Source: Haliotis rubra (Eukaryota). From it: a stretch of DNA of 64,000 nucleotides. This document shows, piece after piece, positions 13,035-24,672 of the stretch. The number at the start of each line of letters is the position of its first letter. Position 1 is the first letter of the stretch. The translations under genes and the position numbers were made by a program. Under the pieces are notes generated by a model. That model saw nothing but the letters and a program-made list of their open reading frames with translations, had not been told where the DNA came from and did not search any database. The stretch spans positions 434,001 through 498,000 of the forward strand of contig NW_025767086.1 of assembly GCF_003918875.1 (NCBI RefSeq), in the 5' to 3' direction.

Positions 13035-13685
13035 AAGTATGTTGTGAAGATTTTATGTTCAGAATATAAGTAAAATTTGATGTTTCATATATGCTAATCA
13101 AATTAATCTCTTAATCAGTACTCCCATCACTCTGTTTGTCATTTGCGTAAATGTTTTGCGGATTAAATGACTAGAGGTGAGTTATGTCTCTAAAACTTTA
13201 GGCGTGCCTTAAGGGCTTATTTTACTGTGGGACTGATGTTCAACATGGATACCCCACTCAGACACTCATACTGACTACAACTGAGTACTCCTTGCTCTAT
13301 CTCCTTAATGCCTACCGCCAGGAAGGGAAGCAACAAGTACCATCATTTAACATATTTTGGTATGATATGTCCGAGTATCAAACATGAACATATCCCTCTG
13401 AGTAGACCCTCTATCCACTTGACCGTAATGGTGGTCTTATAAGCAGTACAAATCTGGAACGAGGAACAATGATCCGTAGATTCCGAAAGAAGCACCGTAG
13501 AACAAAACACTCACCATTTGATCTCTACTTCTCACAACTGAAGCCACAAGACCAATTTCACATACCTTTAAAAACATTATAGCAACCAATCTTCATTGTA
13601 AATTATATTGTTGGGCCTTACGGCAAGATTGAATCTGGTTAACAATGCATGTGATGGAATAAGCTATTGGCTGTTGAATACTAAC

Positions 13686-14164
13686 CCCATCCTCCTCGTC
13701 TGACGTAGGGATTTCAGCAAACATGTCAATATCATCTTCTTCATCTTCGTCATCGTCACTCTCATCGCCGTCATTACCCCCAGATTCCAATCGACGACGT
13801 TTCTCTTCCCTAGCATCTTCCTGCACTAAAAATGCCTCCATTTCAGACAATTTGAAAAATGTGTCATCCACCACACTCTTGTATTTTAACTTCTTTGCTT
13901 TCTTCTGTCTGTTGTCATCTTGAATGTCCTCCTCCTCATCATCATCATCGTCCATCATCTCATCCTCCCCCATCTCAAGGTCACTTGACCCCACATCAAA
14001 GTCATCAACATCCTCCGAGTCGCCCCCATCTTCTCCCCCCTCGTAGTCGCGTCTTGATCCGTTGCAGCAGCTCATCATCTGCATCATCGCTGCTAGCTTC
14101 ATCCTCCTCCGTCAACTCAACCTTTTTCTCTTTCCCCCTCTTAGGTGAAGGTAAGGCCCCACCT
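13686..14164 (-). CDS. MPHOSPH10: MPHOSPH10 exon 3 (acidic region, SVVDDTFFKLSEMEAFL), with an apparent +1 frameshift in a G run near 14035-14040
   Basis: VDDxFFKLSEMEAFL is a hallmark Mpp10 motif. Acceptor ttgtag before 14164 and donor gttagt after 13686. The frame switches at a 6-G homopolymer. Confidence 0.88.
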
Positions 14165-14853
14165 CTACAACAAATGAGTAAAAAATGCTCCTGACAAAGT
14201 TTGCTTCTATGTTCTGGGTATCATCAGTATTTGGGTGAGAGGATAGAAAGTAAGAAACACTATCACAATGCAACTGTATTATCCCAAACACAACTAAGTA
14301 TTTGTAAAAGTTGCAATGCACTTACCATCAGAATTAATCTTTCAACACCTTATTCAAAGAGCAAACATATCATGCATACAAAATGTCATTTCAACATTTA
14401 GAATTACAATATACTAGCACATATTCCTTGTTTAATGGACAGGCTGAGTTTAAAAGGGTTCAACAAGACCAAGCACTTACATGTTGTGTGTGTGGCTTGT
14501 ACTAGTCACGACTAAAGCTGGTTTTACAGTACTAGCCCACTGATGTACCATGACGCAATTTTAACATGGATGCGGCACTTATATAAAGAATACAAACAGC
14601 GAACTGACCAGTCAGTGAGTTACTGAGTAACATACTAACAACAGGTGTCATCTCCTACCATCACTTGTCCTGTCTGGGGATCAAACACTGACACACAGCT
14701 CTCCAGGCAGACACTCTATCCACTGGACCACACAGCTACTACATCAGTTATCAGTACTATGATGCTACAGCTTATACTTCATCTGCTAAATCATCACCGA
14801 ACAGGCCAAAGCCATTCTGGTTGACTGTGCCTGCAAATTTCAGTATAACTTAC

Positions 14854-15087
14854 TTAAAACTAATGTTTTTCTTGACAAGAACTTCAGACACAGCAACAAG
14901 CAGCTTCTTCACACTGTGCGTGTTCTGTAATTCTATTTCCTGCCAGATCTGTTCCTCGTCGAAGTCTTTCACAATTAGTCGAGGAAGTACTCCTTTGTCA
15001 GAAGTACAATCAGATTCCTGGTTCTTTGCAAAGTCATACACAGCTTTGGTGGCAGTCCTTAACTTCTTGCATAAAGATGGCTGGGTG
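14854..15087 (-). CDS. MPHOSPH10: MPHOSPH10 exon 2 (TQPSLCKKLRTATKAVYDF...LIVKDFDEEQIWQEIELQN)
   Basis: FDEEQIWQEIELQN is the conserved Mpp10 N-terminal motif. AG/GT boundaries, phase 2/2. Confidence 0.93.
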
Positions 15088-16390
15088 CTAAAAGGTAAGA
15101 AAGTATAAACTAGGTTCATAACGTGTGTGTTGATTAATTAATTTTAGGTCTTCAAACAGGAGACCTACACTACTTAATAACCATAGAGTATTTCTAAACA
15201 TGGAAACAATCAACTTGATTGATCAAAGTTAGGTAAAGACAGTAATATATATTTATTATTTTACTTAGCCCACAATATACAAGACAGTTATCATGGTTAC
15301 GTTTACAGTTCTGTGTGTATGTTGTATCTCATGCTAAATATATTTATTGCTACCTTGGGATAAAAGATGGGAACTTTGAGTAGTAAAAACAACAACAACA
15401 CCAAGCCCAGTAGCTGACTGGTAACTACTCCAGTGTTCATGTTATCAGCCACTAGCTGACAGGCTCCCCCCTCTGGGTCCTCCCATCAACTCTACACAGG
15501 CCAACTTGACACATATGTAATGCTAGTAGTAGTACTGACTTTGGCATCAGTGTTAAACAAAGTATGGCATGCACATGATATACCTGCTGCACTACCTACA
15601 GATGGTTAGTTAGAGTGATTGTATTGTTACATCTGAGCCACAGGCTAGTATATCCACCATTAATATACTCAGTATGTCCAAAGGTTGTGAAAACACTGCC
15701 AGCTCCTATATTATTTCAGTGTAGTGAGGATGACTTGGGAACCCACATCTGCAGGCAGGACCCTGTTGTATCACATATCCATTAACCATGTTAACTAATG
15801 GTTACATCAAACCCTACTGATACAACTAGTTATTAATGATTCATTAGTTACTGAAACAGATTTTAAGAAGGTTTGATGATACATTAATGCATAATTAATG
15901 TTTGTTATAACCAGGACTTGATCACATATAAAATATTTAACATATCATAGACTGCTTTCAGCAGTTAATGACAGCAAATTGGCTAAAACAGCAAAATGTG
16001 TCATTGTCCACAATGCCTCTGTCTATGTTATTCAGTTTGTATACTTTGGTGATGCTACATGATCCATAACTACACAAATCAGTCTCATCAAAAATAGCTA
16101 ATACATATAAAAAAAATCCCATCTGATCTGTACCTCATTTGAAGTAATTGTACATCATTTGACTAGCTTAGACACAACTTTGGATACCCAATACACAAAT
16201 CTGGAGGACCCTTACAGAATTTTGATGTAGCAAATACAAATTTAATTTCATATTTGTTAATTACATTCATTAAGTGATGCCATGATAAAACTGGAATACT
16301 GGTCACACTGTATCTAAACACACTCACTCCATCGCTGAAAGAGTTCTTTCCGTTCCCCCAACTCTAAACCTAACCCTAACTTAAATTTTG

Positions 16391-16713
16391 GGGAAGTACT
16401 GCACTTTACCGTTGTTTTCAATAGAAGAAAGGGGAGTACTGCACTTTACCGTTGTTTTCAATAAGAGAAAGATATGTTTTACCGGCTAGAATGCACTTTA
16501 CCGGGCGCAGCCCTCGCTGCTCCCTTTACGATCCTTAGGGTTAGGGCACCCTTTACGATCCTTAGGGTTAGGGTTTAGGGTTAGGCACCCTTTACTATCC
16601 TTGGGGTTAGGCACCCTTTACGATCCTTAGGGTTAGGGGCAAGGGTTAGGGTTAGGGAACCCCAGCAGCGATAAATAGCCTGAAAAAGTGTGCCCAGTAA
16701 AGTGCAGTACTCC
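16391..16713. mobile_element. Small non-autonomous element with inverted termini (gggagtactgcactttac / gtaaagtgcagtactccc) and internal TTAGGG-rich repeats
   Basis: IR at ~16432-16449 (duplicated at 16391) vs ~16696-16713; internal units cacccttta(c)gatccttagggttaggg. Confidence 0.65.
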
Positions 16714-16919
16714 CGTTTTACCCGACAATGAATGAAAGTGACGTTTGTTAGGTAATAGTAAGGCTAGAATGCACGTGTTTTATTATCCGAGGACACTCGC
16801 GAAATTAGGTTACTCTACTGTCCAAACACGATATACGCTTCAACACACGGGTAGATTTTTAATACTAAAACTGATACCCTTAGTAGGCAACTAACTGCCT
16901 CTCATTATTGGAAACGAAC

Positions 16920-16999
16920 CTGAGAAATATTTCGGGCCTTTCCAGAAGGGTAGAAAAGTCTTTCAAGTTCCGTCGCATGCTGCCCATGGTGGCAGCCAT
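16920..16999 (-). CDS. MPHOSPH10: MPHOSPH10/Mpp10 coding exon 1 (MAATMGSMRRNLKDFSTLLERPEIFL)
   Basis: ATG at 16999 and GT donor after 16920 (phase 2). RPEIFL resembles the Mpp10 N-terminal RPECFL-type motif and splices in frame to the next exon. Confidence 0.8.
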
Positions 17000-18000
17000 A
17001 TTTGTTTTTAGTGGTTATTCACAAAACTAGGATTACGGTGAGGACGAAACTGTGTGCTTGTCTGTCTGTCAGGGCGGTGTGAATTTGGATATAAACGAAC
17101 CGTGTTGAAAATCAGAGCTATATAACAAAATTATAAGAGCTCTAAATTTGATTTTAAAACCGTACGCGTAGTGCTAACTTTTAAAAAAGTACAACATCAT
17201 ATTTTTGTTTATTGGCCATAAAACTGGTTTTCTTTATATCCCATTACATTTTAGTTAAAATGTGATTTGTATAAATTTATCAGTGGGAATAATTGTGATG
17301 ATAAAAGCATAGTGGAACATTACAAGCGAGTGGAACATTACAAACATGCATGCACATGCACATGCACGCACACACGCACGCACGCGAGCGCACACACATA
17401 CAGTGTTTATAATGAAAATACATTGTACTGCTGAAATTTAGATGTTTGGGAACAAAAGGTGTTGCGCCAAAACGCAACCCAAATGCGGAAGCGGTCGGGG
17501 AATATCGAGTTTGCCAGACAAGATCTGCTTTCGGTTCGAAGCTATACCTATGACAGCACGATACTAACATTAATCTGATGACGTTTGTAACTGCTGTTTA
17601 TACGTGGAAGGTAAATCATCTTCAGTACTATTACAACTGTTACCATAAACTTCACTTGACGTGGGCCTGTTTGTCAGCTGTTCGTGGCCGAGGCCCGCGA
17701 TCAAATGTGACAGTCAAACCATGACGTAAGCATCAAGTCGTGAGTATCAGACGCCATGTGTCAGCTGTCGGTTAAATTTGTAGCCTCTATATTATTTTCC
17801 ATGTTTTCGATTCAATGATTTTCAGTTTTGATATTGTTTTACGTCATAAAGTAGACGACAAGCGCGCTTCTCTCCGCCGTGGGGGACAGTCGGGTGGGAA
17901 CTATTAAAATCCGTAACGGTACCCACGTCTCGGAGATTCGTGCCCAAACATTTTTTTCGTACTCGTACCCCAAATGTTGGACATCCTGTATCATATCTTA
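17000..18000. promoter_or_regulatory. CpG-rich putative promoter of MPHOSPH10, possibly bidirectional with the TIR-1 gene; four TGACGT sites
   Basis: Immediately upstream of the MPHOSPH10 ATG and visibly CpG-richer than the flanking introns. TGACGT/ACGTCA at 17579, 17657, 17722 and 17841. Confidence 0.5.
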
Positions 18001-18099
18001 CCTAAACAACTGGACATCTTATTACCAACTGATCGCTTGAAACAATAAAACTCATTTAGTAATTTCAGTCCCTTCTGAAAAGTATCTACGCAATCACAG

Positions 18100-18270
18100 C
18101 GGGGGTTGGGTTGGGTTTAGTCTGGTGGTTAAAGCGTTCACTCGTCACGCCGAAGACCCGGGTTCGATTCCCCACATGGGCACAATGTGGGAAGTCCATT
18201 TCTGGTGTCTCCCACCGTGATATTGCTGGAATATTGCTACCAGCGGCGTAAAACCCAACTCACTCACTCA
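18100..18270 (+). mobile_element. tRNA-derived SINE (family A)
   Basis: tggtggttaaagcgttc A-box, ggttcgattccc B-box and (actc)n tail; matches copies at 21890 and 53348. Confidence 0.85.
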
Positions 18271-20562
18271 CAACTAGGGGCTTGTAACACCAAAACTGCC
18301 ATCAAGGTATGTACTGTCATTACTTGGGGTCTTAGCACTATAAAAATGAAGTTCCTTTTATATAGTGCCAAGACCCCGATAAATGACAACTACATACCTT
18401 CATTTTTAGCATTACAAGCCCTTGCGTACTCAATAAGGCAACCACCAGCAGAAATTTGAGCCCCAGGTACCCAAGGTGCCATTACCTGACCTGACCTGGG
18501 TATCTGTTTCAGCTGTATTTGAAGATTTGTCATGGCAGTCATGGCCACATAGAGTCTGGTCATATTTTAAGCTGTCAAAACCTATGCAATTTATTTGCAT
18601 ACATGTGCTGTGCAGAAATAAGCTTTAAAGATGATGGTATGTCCTGGATGTGGAAACACCTGGCTGTCGAAGGTGGCCAAGGCCCCAGCAGATGTGGTTA
18701 AACCAATTGTAAAAAATCAGATAAGAAAATTATACTTAATAGGTGTCACCTTGGCCATTATTATATATCTTCCTTATAAATCAGAAAATCTTAGGATTAA
18801 TTTGTTACACTCTATTCTTCAAAAGATATCACAAATTAATTATTGACGAAATTGGTTATTGTGATGTTCATTCATGGATGGATCACATCCCTGCCTAAAT
18901 TCCCGAAAGCATCAACAATGTAACACAACGCCTAATGTAGAATGTCCGATTTTGTTGGGTTCATTTTTATGATTGAAAAACAAATATAGACTGTAAGTTT
19001 GGTTCATTATTATTTCATTTCTATCAAGTTGCGTAACGTATCAGACTATCAGTCACACGTGACCAGTCACGTAACAAAACTGGTCCAGGTACTGTTTTCA
19101 GGACCCAGGTAGTGAAAATTGTTTATCTGACCTGGGTACTTGGTTAACCCTTCCCAGCCCTACTGCTCAACATATTGATTAAACAGTATATTGACTAAAC
19201 ATATTTATCATGTTCTCAAGTAAGCCACAGTGTTTGATTTGTGTTTCATGTAATGCATGAGAAGCCCAATTGCCACCTGTGTAATCTTGTATTATTACTT
19301 GAACTCACTTCCAAGAATAATTAGCTTTCATACTAAAACAACTATATGCCACAGCTATATTTATTGAGCCATAAAGTAAATTGTCATCTATATTTGGGTA
19401 TGAATCATCTATATTTGGGTATGAATCATCTATATTTCTGTATGGATGGAAAAAGGTATGAATGCTCAAAATTAGGAACGAAGCTAACGAGAATTCTTGG
19501 AACAGGTCAGCCATTTTTGTAGGGTACAAATCTGTGTGTGTATGGATCATCTAGTATACGTTTAGGAGTATGTACATCACCATGGCCTGATATTATCATA
19601 GATCTGCCTTATCAGCTGATTACACGTATGCATAGGCAGCCCATGTTTATTTCATGCCATGTAAGAAGTACTTGGCACCCTGACCTACTTCTATACAACT
19701 CTTTGAATATTATTTACTAATATGACTGAGTATATGTATATGACGTATAATAACTTTTGATAAAACAGTTTTAGTTTACAAACATGTTACAAGTGTATGT
19801 TGACACTCCAAATTCATCCCAACAAATTTAAATCATTAATGGATGTAATGACTCAAATTAATTATAGATTCATGCACCAGTCTGCACAGAAAGCAAAACA
19901 TGAGTCTAAGTCATATTTCCCCATGCAAGTCATATGTGGTATGTGATAGTAATAACATGTGTAATCAACTTATAAGGTGCCCATTCACTAACAGGCCTAT
20001 TGGAAGCAGCTAGCTACCCCCACCCTAAATGTTGTATATGGTAATCGGAAAAAATAAAGAATCAATTTTTGCTACAATCTTTTATATCTGATCATGTCTC
20101 CACTGACATCCTACAAGTAGTTTTCTTTGTAAAGACATGGATTCCAGAAATTGTTTGTTTATAGACATATGGAGCAATTGATTGATGAAACAGAACATTA
20201 CCAGCTGTACACAACTGATTACTATCCAATTCAAGTTAGGTAATTGTAGAGAAGAGTCAACATGGAGCTTTATGATGTGACTGTTTTGGCAGTGCAAGCA
20301 TTCGTTGTAAAATCATAAGTTTAACATTGTTGGCAAGTGTTTCAATTACAAAAGCATTAAGTAACATCATAAGGAATGACATAGAAGTATGAAAACACAA
20401 CAGACCAGTTGTAAAGGGATAATCTGGAGACAAAATGGTTCAAAGAAAAGATTTGATATATGTAAATTAACAGTGTGAACCATGCTTAAATGTATCAGAA
20501 TTTGTATTTTGAAATGATCGCCTGTTTTCACTGACAGATTAAGATGATGTGATTAACTCAAA

Positions 20563-21040
20563 ATGGACATGAACTTGGAAGGATCAAGTGTTGACCCAGA
20601 ACAAATCAAAACTCGCTTCTATGAAGAGAACACCACAGGTGCTACGCAAAGGAACAGCATGGAATACCCCAGTCTGCCGACATCAGACCTTGAATCTGAC
20701 GCTGTGCCATTCTCACCTGAAGTCAATCATGCAGCAGGTATGTTTGGAGACGCAACGACCCACTTGCCAAGAGAGCTAATTGAGGGAACCACAGCACCAC
20801 CGTTAACAGAGCTCCTCGCAGAGTCATCCAGGACAGATCCGAGACATACGGCAGGATATGGTTCTTCCTGTCACCACCCAGATACACATACTCAATCTCC
20901 TGTAGGTAGCCAGTGTGCAGCTCAGCAACCTAAGGTTCCAATACGGAGGGAAACATATTGTCCACCAGCTCAACCAGATCAGCAGTCCAGAGATGCCAAT
21001 CCCCCATCAAGTACACCTGTTCAAGAAGAAACCATGAAAG
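20563..21040 (+). CDS. TIR-1 gene, first coding exon: low-complexity S/P/T/Q/E-rich N-terminus (159 codons)
   Basis: Acceptor ctgacag at 20537, in-frame upstream stop, ATG at 20563, donor AG|gtattt at 21040 (phase 1) joining the TIR exon at 22499 in frame. Confidence 0.7.
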
Positions 21041-21094
21041 GTATTTACTGTTATGAATGAAATAACAAAGACTTGTTGATTCACCTTAGTTGGG

Positions 21095-21620
21095 TTAATT
21101 GTGATGGTGTTGTCTCAGTGGTTGGTTGTTACAGTGTTGTCTCAGTGGTTGGTTGTTACAGTGTTGTCTCAGTGGATTGTTGATTGTGATGGTGTTGTCT
21201 CAGTGGTTGGTTGTTATGGTGTTGTCTCAGTGGATTGTTGATTGTGATGGTGTTGTCTCAGTGGATTGTTGATTGTGATGGTGTTGTCTCAGTGGTTGGT
21301 TGATTGTGATAGTGTTGTCTCAGTGGTTGGTTGTTATGGTGTTGTCTCAGTGGTTGATTGTGATGGTATTGTCTCAGTGGATTGTTGGTTGTTATGGTGT
21401 TGTCTCAGTGGTTGGTTGTTATGGTGTTGTCTCAGTGGCTGGTTGTTATGGTGTTGTCTCAGTGGTTGGTTGTTATGGTGTTGTCTCAGTGGCTGGTTGT
21501 TATGGTGTTGTCTCAGTGGTTGGTTGTGATGGTGTTATCTCAGCGGTTGATTGTGATGATGTTGTCTCAGTGGATGGTTGATTGTGATGGTGTTGTCTCA
21601 GTGGATGGTTGATTGGGATG
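21095..21620. repeat. Intronic minisatellite, 26-30 bp unit (ggtgttgtctcagtggttggttgttat)
   Basis: Direct tandem copies. Confidence 0.95.
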
Positions 21621-21889
21621 GTATGTAAATACTGCTGTTCTACTAATACCGCGGTAAACCGTTTCACCCCTAGTGTTTGTAAACAACTGTTGCTGATGTT
21701 GGACAAAGTAATATTTTGAAACGTGTTTACTATATTGTAATACATGTAATACTCAGAGGTGTTCACATTATGTCTTAAACATCCTTTAGAATGGATGCCA
21801 GGATAACGAAATAGAAGAGGCATCTCCACTATGAATATGCCTAAGAACTTCAGGCTTTACCCCCTTTCCTGTCCTTCAGTGTACAATTG

Positions 21890-22054
21890 GGGCCGTGGGG
21901 TAGCCTAGTGGTCAAAGCGTTGGCTCGTCACACCGAAGACCCGGGTTCGAATCCCCACATGGGTTCAATGTGTGAAGCCCATTTCTGGTGTCCCCCGCCG
22001 TGATGTTGCTGGAATATTGCTAAAAGCGGCGTAAAACCAAACTCAGTCAGTCAG
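21890..22054 (+). mobile_element. tRNA-derived SINE (family A)
   Basis: gtagcctagtggtcaaagcg...ggttcgaatccc head and (cagt)n tail. Confidence 0.88.
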
Positions 22055-22498
22055 TGTACAATTCATGATGTAGCTGGCACTCACTCACTCACTGACTGAC
22101 TGACTAAGACAGTTCCAGACTGACTGTTGTGACCCACCTCTACAGACCGGCAACATGGGGCACCTGCCCACTGTGCTTACAGTGTCTGACTTTCTATGGT
22201 GATTTCCTTGTTCAAAACAAAAAAGCTTAGCATCTGTGTCAAGCAAGGAGTACATGAACATTCAGAACATCTATTATTTTTAAGACTCCATATTTGAATT
22301 TGACATGGAACAAACGATATATGATTAGATTCTTCATAGAATACCACTCACTCTCACAATGATCTTTCATTTCTTTTGCAACATTTTCGTTTTTTAGTGA
22401 ATTTTGTTTAGCTTCTCATCCAGGTTGGGAACCTTGGGCCATGTATTGGTGAAACTCAGTGATCTCAGAAGATTTATTATGATGTGTTTTATCCGCAG

Positions 22499-23010
22499 TG
22501 GACATGCCGGTGCCTGTGAAGTTTGACGCCGTGATCATCTGCCATGAAGACGATGCCCACGAAGTCAACAAACTCAAAGACCACTTGAACAGTCTTGTTT
22601 TGTTTGACGATAAAATGGCCTCCGTTGCCATCGAGGGCGATGGACCTGACTTGGGGAAAGGAGAAGTCACCTACTTTGAGGGTTGGCTAGAAAGTGCACA
22701 AATAATGTTTCTTTTTATGACCAAAGTATTTTGTGAAGAAAGCTTCTGTTGCTATAAGCAGAATATTGCTTTATGTGAATCATTCTTATTTTCAGATAGT
22801 AAAAAGGAATTTGTGATTCCTATTTTCTTGGACAAAAAGCATAATCTGAAGTACTTAAAGCCCTCAATACGAGCAATAAAGGGGATTGAGTACATTGACT
22901 GCAAGTGGAATGACAAAGTAGCAGAGAGATTCAGGAAGAATTTGATCAGTGCTCGACATAAGAGACAAGAAAATCTAGCTGCAAAAATGGCAAATTTGAC
23001 AATTACTTAG
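22499..23010 (+). CDS. TIR-1 terminal exon: TIR domain, TICAM (TRIF/TRAM)-like; predicted protein ~329 aa with the upstream exon
   Basis: FDAVIICHEDD (betaA), GKGEV (BB loop/alphaB), IMFLFMTKVF (betaC), FVIPIF (betaD), IRAIKGI; acceptor ccgcag, phase 1. Confidence 0.85.
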
Positions 23011-24362
23011 AGATGGGACAATTACTTACATGAATAAGTGCTTAATGAACCACATTTGAGATACTGTTTTTGTTGTATTTAAGTGCCCGTTATCAACTTC
23101 AAGACCAATCTGTTTGGAGTATTCTTTATATATGCCCCATATTGTCTTGTGTGTGTTAGAGACTGTGTTTACAGAAAGCACAGCACTGTACAAGGGGCAT
23201 ATAATTGTTGCCTTTTAACTATTGTTGAAAAGATTTTCACTTTTGAACTCAGTTTGTTCTCTGATGCTTAATCTCTGAAAACTGATTTAACACACTGTCT
23301 GTGGATGTAGCAAGGCCTCTTTCTCAATTTTCTATGCACTAAGACACTTGTTTCTGTGAATATGGTCATTATTTGTTTTGAGAGACAGTGATTTGGATTC
23401 CATAGAATGTCCTATCACCCTCATTACAAGATGCAGTGGATGACACTTGAAGCTCATCACAAACTGAAACCAACAATCAATAAACATAGTTGTTCCGGAA
23501 GCCAAGTCATGTGTGTCCGTTACTTCCTCCATGGCATAGCAGGTAGAGCATTTGCCTATAGAGTATGAAGTCAGTGGATCAATACCTGGCCACATGCTAG
23601 AAGGTGGTATGTATACTTGACGATACCCTGTTTGGAGTCTGGAGTTGAGAGAATTAAACAAGACCCGGTCGGCTTAAAGTTAAAGTCATATGCTGTGTCT
23701 GAGTGGGCGTGGTCTCATCAGAGAAGTGCAAGAAGTCCAGACAGGCATGGATTTGCATGCATGCATGCACACACACACACACATGACTGTAAGTGCAATG
23801 CTGTTGCACACATCCAACAACTGATGTCAGATTGTACCCCCCATGATCTGTCCTTGTGTTGTTACTGGCTTGGTTGTGGCCATGGAACCCAACTCCACCT
23901 AATTTGCAGTTATGAATGTCAATGATGATGTTTCATTTGCAGTGTTCTTGTGTTGAAGCTGTTCATGTGTCATCTCCTGAGGTCTAGATTGTGTAGATTA
24001 TGTTGGTCTGCATATTCATTGAGCATGTATTAAAACTCTCCTTTTGCTACATAACACTATTTATTGACGAGAATAAGCTTATGAAATTGTATTTGATTTA
24101 ATGTAATGACTTTACTTGAAGAGGCCCTCTACAGGTGGATCTCTATAACGAACATCACATTCTCATGTTGGTCTTATATTTCTGAGACTTCATTGTTGCT
24201 AGGAATGTAAATGCCTAATACTTTTGGTTCATGTGAAGCTCTTTTGGGATGTTTTCAAACTTTATCTTCATGTTTTGTTTTGTGCGTTAACTATGTAGTT
24301 ATTAATTGCTTGCTTCACACTTTTTTAGTACACTTTTTTGAACCTGTTACCCTATTTGCAAC

Positions 24363-24622
24363 GGGTGGGGGCACGGTGGGCGAGCTGTCTAAGGCGCCAG
24401 GCTAGTAATCCAGTGAGCTTGGAGGTGCCGGATCGAGCGCACCTGTGACCGGGTGTAAAAACCTTGGAGTCAACTTTGTATGCAGACTCTTTTCAGATTC
24501 TTGTACAACCCCTAGTGTACAGTACAACACCCTGTGCACTTAAAAGAACCCACGAATCCGTTGGTAGATGACCAGATGGTGGCCACATGAATATGTGCAA
24601 ACACCTAGTTGAGGGTACAGCA

Positions 24623-24671
<49 letters not shown>
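24363..24671 (+). mobile_element. tRNA-derived SINE ending in (TG)n
   Basis: ggtgggcgagctgtctaaggcg tRNA-like head, gcacttaaaagaaccca central motif, TG microsatellite 24624-24671. Confidence 0.7.

Positions 24672-24672
<1 letters not shown>

Noticed and set aside
16535-16660. True telomere or chromosome-fusion scar
   Set aside because: Only short interrupted TTAGGG runs inside an IR-bounded element in an intact intron.
21890-21960. tRNA-like sequences (also near 5800, 18110, 24365, 40790 and 53430)
   Set aside because: Each continues into a shared SINE body and simple-repeat tail; they are SINE heads, not tRNA genes.
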